Part shown: positions 45,211 through 47,677 of the stretch, piece after piece | How the letters are laid out: each line of letters starts with the position of its first letter | How positions within the stretch are numbered: position 1 is the stretch's first letter | Assembly (NCBI GenBank): GCA_002396805.1 | Contig: DGYW01000046.1 | Span: 5,811 to 53,487, forward strand | Reading direction: 5' to 3' | DNA: 47,677 nt | From: Firmicutes bacterium UBA4996 | GTDB taxonomy: Bacteria; Bacillota; Limnochordia; Darwinibacteriales; Darwinibacteriaceae | Notes under the pieces: model-generated | Told to the model about the DNA's origin: nothing | Database searches by the model: none | The model's input: the letters and a program-made list of their open reading frames with translations, nothing else | Program-made: the position numbers and the translations under genes

Positions 45211-47676
45211 TCATCCCTTCTCTAAACTATCCAGTATGTGGGTACCAGTTCCAATTTGATAACCGGTGGAAATATAACGAACCACTCCGTTAGCATTCAC
45301 CACTACCACCATGGGAAAATTCTCTGGCATTGCCTCTTGTAAATTGGCTTGAACCTTGTCTAGGCCCTCATAATGATCGTCTCTGATAAAGCTCACGGTA
45401 GCAGGTAACTCTGTGTAGTTACCCAAATCAAAGGAATCGGTGACCTTGTCTGCACCTAAACACAAGACGATGGGCACCCCTCTAGCCTCAAACTGGGCCT
45501 TACGTTCCGTTAGATCGCGAATCAAGTGTTTGGTTGGTTCCCGATCTGGCTCTAACCAAGCTAAAACCAGCCCTTGTTCACCTAGGAAACCATCGAGGTC
45601 AATTTGCCCTTCGCCCGCAAATCGTGGAAAGACTAAGCCGGAAGGTAATTGTCCCAAGTTTTGGGCAGTTTGCTCTTCCCGGGCGAAGATCAGCTTCACA
45701 TCATGTGTTTTACCCGGCTCCACCGTAAAGGTGGTGAGGGTGACTAACACTCGACCATCGGGCAAACGATTACCCGTAGTCAAGCGATAAACCCCTGGAC
45801 TGACAGTGAGCTTGTGGCTAAAGCTCTCTTCATCGAAGGCCTCTTCATCTAGGCCCCTAAACCGCAGAGTTTGAAAGGTTTGGCCCTCCAAACGGGCTAG
45901 GGAAAAGTTTTGGTAATAGTCAATCTTCCCCTCATAATCCTGTGGTCTGTGGAACCGTAAGGTTCCTTCTTCAGTAGTGACCTCGGAGGGCGAGGCAAAG
46001 TTAACCTCCACCCAGTCCTCCTCATGGAGATATTGGGTTTGTCCATCCACCGGCGAGAGACGAGCTGGAATCCCAAAACTTCTGGCCATGGCCACAAAGA
46101 GAATCTGTTTTGCTAAGATGTTACCGGCCTTGAGCTCGTAGGTCCCCTGTGGCGTCGGCCAACCGCGGACCAAACCGTCCGCTACAGAAGCAATGTTCCG
46201 CTCAATCCATCTCTTAAGTTCTAAGGGATTGTGACGAAAAACGTCCTGCCGATCAAGGGTAAACTCGCCTTGGAAGAATGCTCGATAAGGTCGTAATACT
46301 TCTAAGGAAACACGCGGCTGTAGTACATAATTCACGAAATCGCTCTCGGGGTACAGACCCTCATAAATCAGGCTGCCACTAAGATGATCCTGCAAAATTG
46401 CACTTGTAGTATCGGTCAAATCTTTAGCCGAGAGGGCCACCAGCAACTCCAAAGCTAGGGGACCATATTCCGGAACAGCCTCCTGGAGAAAACGAGCCAT
46501 CTCGTGGCTATTACCCCTAGCTTTTTCTAACACTGACCAAACCTTGTCCGGATCCACTTGGAGCTCATAGGCAAGCTGTGCAGCTTCACTTTGGTCAATA
46601 AACGTAGATTCATAGGCCGCCCTGATCTCGTCCTCGATCTTCAGGCGACGATTATTTTCGGCCCGCTGACTCTCTGTCACTTCTGGACCAGCCCCCCCTA
46701 GCTCAGGAGGCACTTCTATTGTGAACTCTTGGAAAGCTGGAGGTTCTGTACCTAGCACAAGCTCTACCAGGCGCGGTCCATCCCCTTTAGCCAACAGTGA
46801 ACCCCAAGTGTGGTCTGTAAAAGCATGGATCAGGAGATCCCCCTTACCCGTGGTCAGACTTACTTCACCAGATTGATCCGTTACAACGCGGACTAAGGGT
46901 GAAAACCCACCATAATTGAAAACCTGAAATTCAACATTAGCTCCCTGAACAGGCTCGCCAGTCTCATCCGTAACCCTCACCTGTAGTTCTTGGGCAGGAG
47001 CATAATTAGGCAAGAGATTCAGTTCTGTGTAATCATCCTTCACCTGTACCTGCTCTTCTGGTCCCCTGTAGATCGTACCGGGCACCCGCGTATGAATAAG
47101 CATGGCCCGCCTAGCGGGACCATCGAACCAACCCATATTTAGATGTGGCTCTGGTTCGCAGGCACCTAAGAAAAACCATTCACCATCGGCCCAGGCTTCT
47201 ACCCATGCATGGTTGCTATCTGTATGAGCCCAGCGCGGTGTGTAGACTTGACGTGCCGGAATGCCCAAACTCCGCAAGGCGGTAACTAATAATGCAGACT
47301 CCTCACCACAACGACCTCGGGCGGTACGCACCAAAGTCAAGGGTGAAGCAGTACGCGGATCAGCCGCTATATAAGTGGCCTTCTCATGGCACCAGTGGTT
47401 AGTTTCAGAGATAGCATCGGCCATGGAGAGATCCTTCACCCGCTCATAGAGTTCGCCAAAAAAAACGGGACGATAATCTTCAATGGTCTCATTACTGATC
47501 CGATAAGGTAATACGAAGTGCAGAAACATCTCTCCACTTACTTTCTCACCCCAAGGAACGATGCGCTTGGTCTCCAAACTGTGGCGAACATGCTGTAAGA
47601 ATAGTTCCCCTGGATAATCCGCCAAATCAACTAAAGGCATAAAGGCATACAAAAACTCCATAGCCACCAGTTCTTC
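45211..47676 (-). CDS. Transglutaminase-like domain protein with Png1/NGLY1-like motifs (5' end probably beyond window)
   Basis: RTARGRCGE (Cys codon 47308-47310), NHAWVE (His codon 47209-47211), WFFLGACE. The frame is open to the window edge (EELVAM...). A second degenerate TG repeat and a C-terminal thioredoxin-like region follow. Confidence 0.85.
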   Translation of the reverse strand, partial: EELVAMEFLYAFMPLVDLADYPGELFLQHVRHSLETKRIVPWGEKVSGEMFLHFVLPYRISNETIEDYRPVFFGELYERVKDLSMADAISETNHWCHEKATYIAADPRTASPLTLVRTARGRCGEESALLVTALRSLGIPARQVYTPRWAHTDSNHAWVEAWADGEWFFLGACEPEPHLNMGWFDGPARRAMLIHTRVPGTIYRGPEEQVQVKDDYTELNLLPNYAPAQELQVRVTDETGEPVQGANVEFQVFNYGGFSPLVRVVTDQSGEVSLTTGKGDLLIHAFTDHTWGSLLAKGDGPRLVELVLGTEPPAFQEFTIEVPPELGGAGPEVTESQRAENNRRLKIEDEIRAAYESTFIDQSEAAQLAYELQVDPDKVWSVLEKARGNSHEMARFLQEAVPEYGPLALELLVALSAKDLTDTTSAILQDHLSGSLIYEGLYPESDFVNYVLQPRVSLEVLRPYRAFFQGEFTLDRQDVFRHNPLELKRWIERNIASVADGLVRGWPTPQGTYELKAGNILAKQILFVAMARSFGIPARLSPVDGQTQYLHEEDWVEVNFASPSEVTTEEGTLRFHRPQDYEGKIDYYQNFSLARLEGQTFQTLRFRGLDEEAFDEESFSHKLTVSPGVYRLTTGNRLPDGRVLVTLTTFTVEPGKTHDVKLIFAREEQTAQNLGQLPSGLVFPRFAGEGQIDLDGFLGEQGLVLAWLEPDREPTKHLIRDLTERKAQFEARGVPIVLCLGADKVTDSFDLGNYTELPATVSFIRDDHYEGLDKVQANLQEAMPENFPMVVVVNANGVVRYISTGYQIGTGTHILDSLEKG

Positions 47677-47677
47677 A

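Noticed and set aside
302-46097. Dozens of 60-180 aa ORFs in the track that overlap larger genes (e.g. 520-735, 974-1348, 6003-6362, 13513-13926, 17879-18412, 32235-32684, 45440-45790)
   Set aside because: They are antisense or off-frame shadows of well-supported genes, with no recognisable motifs.
1-47677. CRISPR arrays, tRNA/rRNA, IS elements, prophage or defence systems
   Set aside because: No regularly spaced repeats, cloverleafs, transposase/integrase motifs or phage genes were seen by eye. All intergenic gaps are short.

Overview
A gene-dense chromosomal segment from an anaerobic Firmicutes-type bacterium. It has GGAGG ribosome-binding sites, sigma-A and sigma-H-like promoters and a lysine riboswitch. 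Its solute-binding proteins lack lipoboxes, which suggests a diderm lineage such as Limnochordia (inference). The left part (1-25.1 kb) holds housekeeping and transport genes: a nucleoside ABC importer with a nucleoside hydrolase, a Dpp/Opp ABC cassette, short MscS, LplA, a LysM protein, CadC/CadA, SIMPL, L-box plus NhaC-family transporter, RluA, GNAT, NadE, MATE, RapZ and a Cof-type HAD. The right part (25.2-47.7 kb, all minus strand) is a glycan-utilisation locus of more than 22 kb. In order it encodes a transglutaminase-fold protein with Png1/NGLY1-like motifs, a GH38 alpha-mannosidase, a GntR-LacI regulator, an expanded 8-gene ABC-like import module (giant SBP, 2 permeases, NHL-TPR-Yip1 fusion, DUF5696-like protein, 2 permeases, SBP), a GH29 fucosidase and an Asp-box sialidase-like protein. 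The best candidate for an undescribed system is a bacterial N-glycopeptide import and deglycosylation pathway built on a Png1-like peptide:N-glycanase. Also notable is a two-domain NadE with no Cys in its glutaminase domain. No CRISPR, tRNA, rRNA or mobile element was seen. All family calls come from motif recognition by eye; no searches were run.
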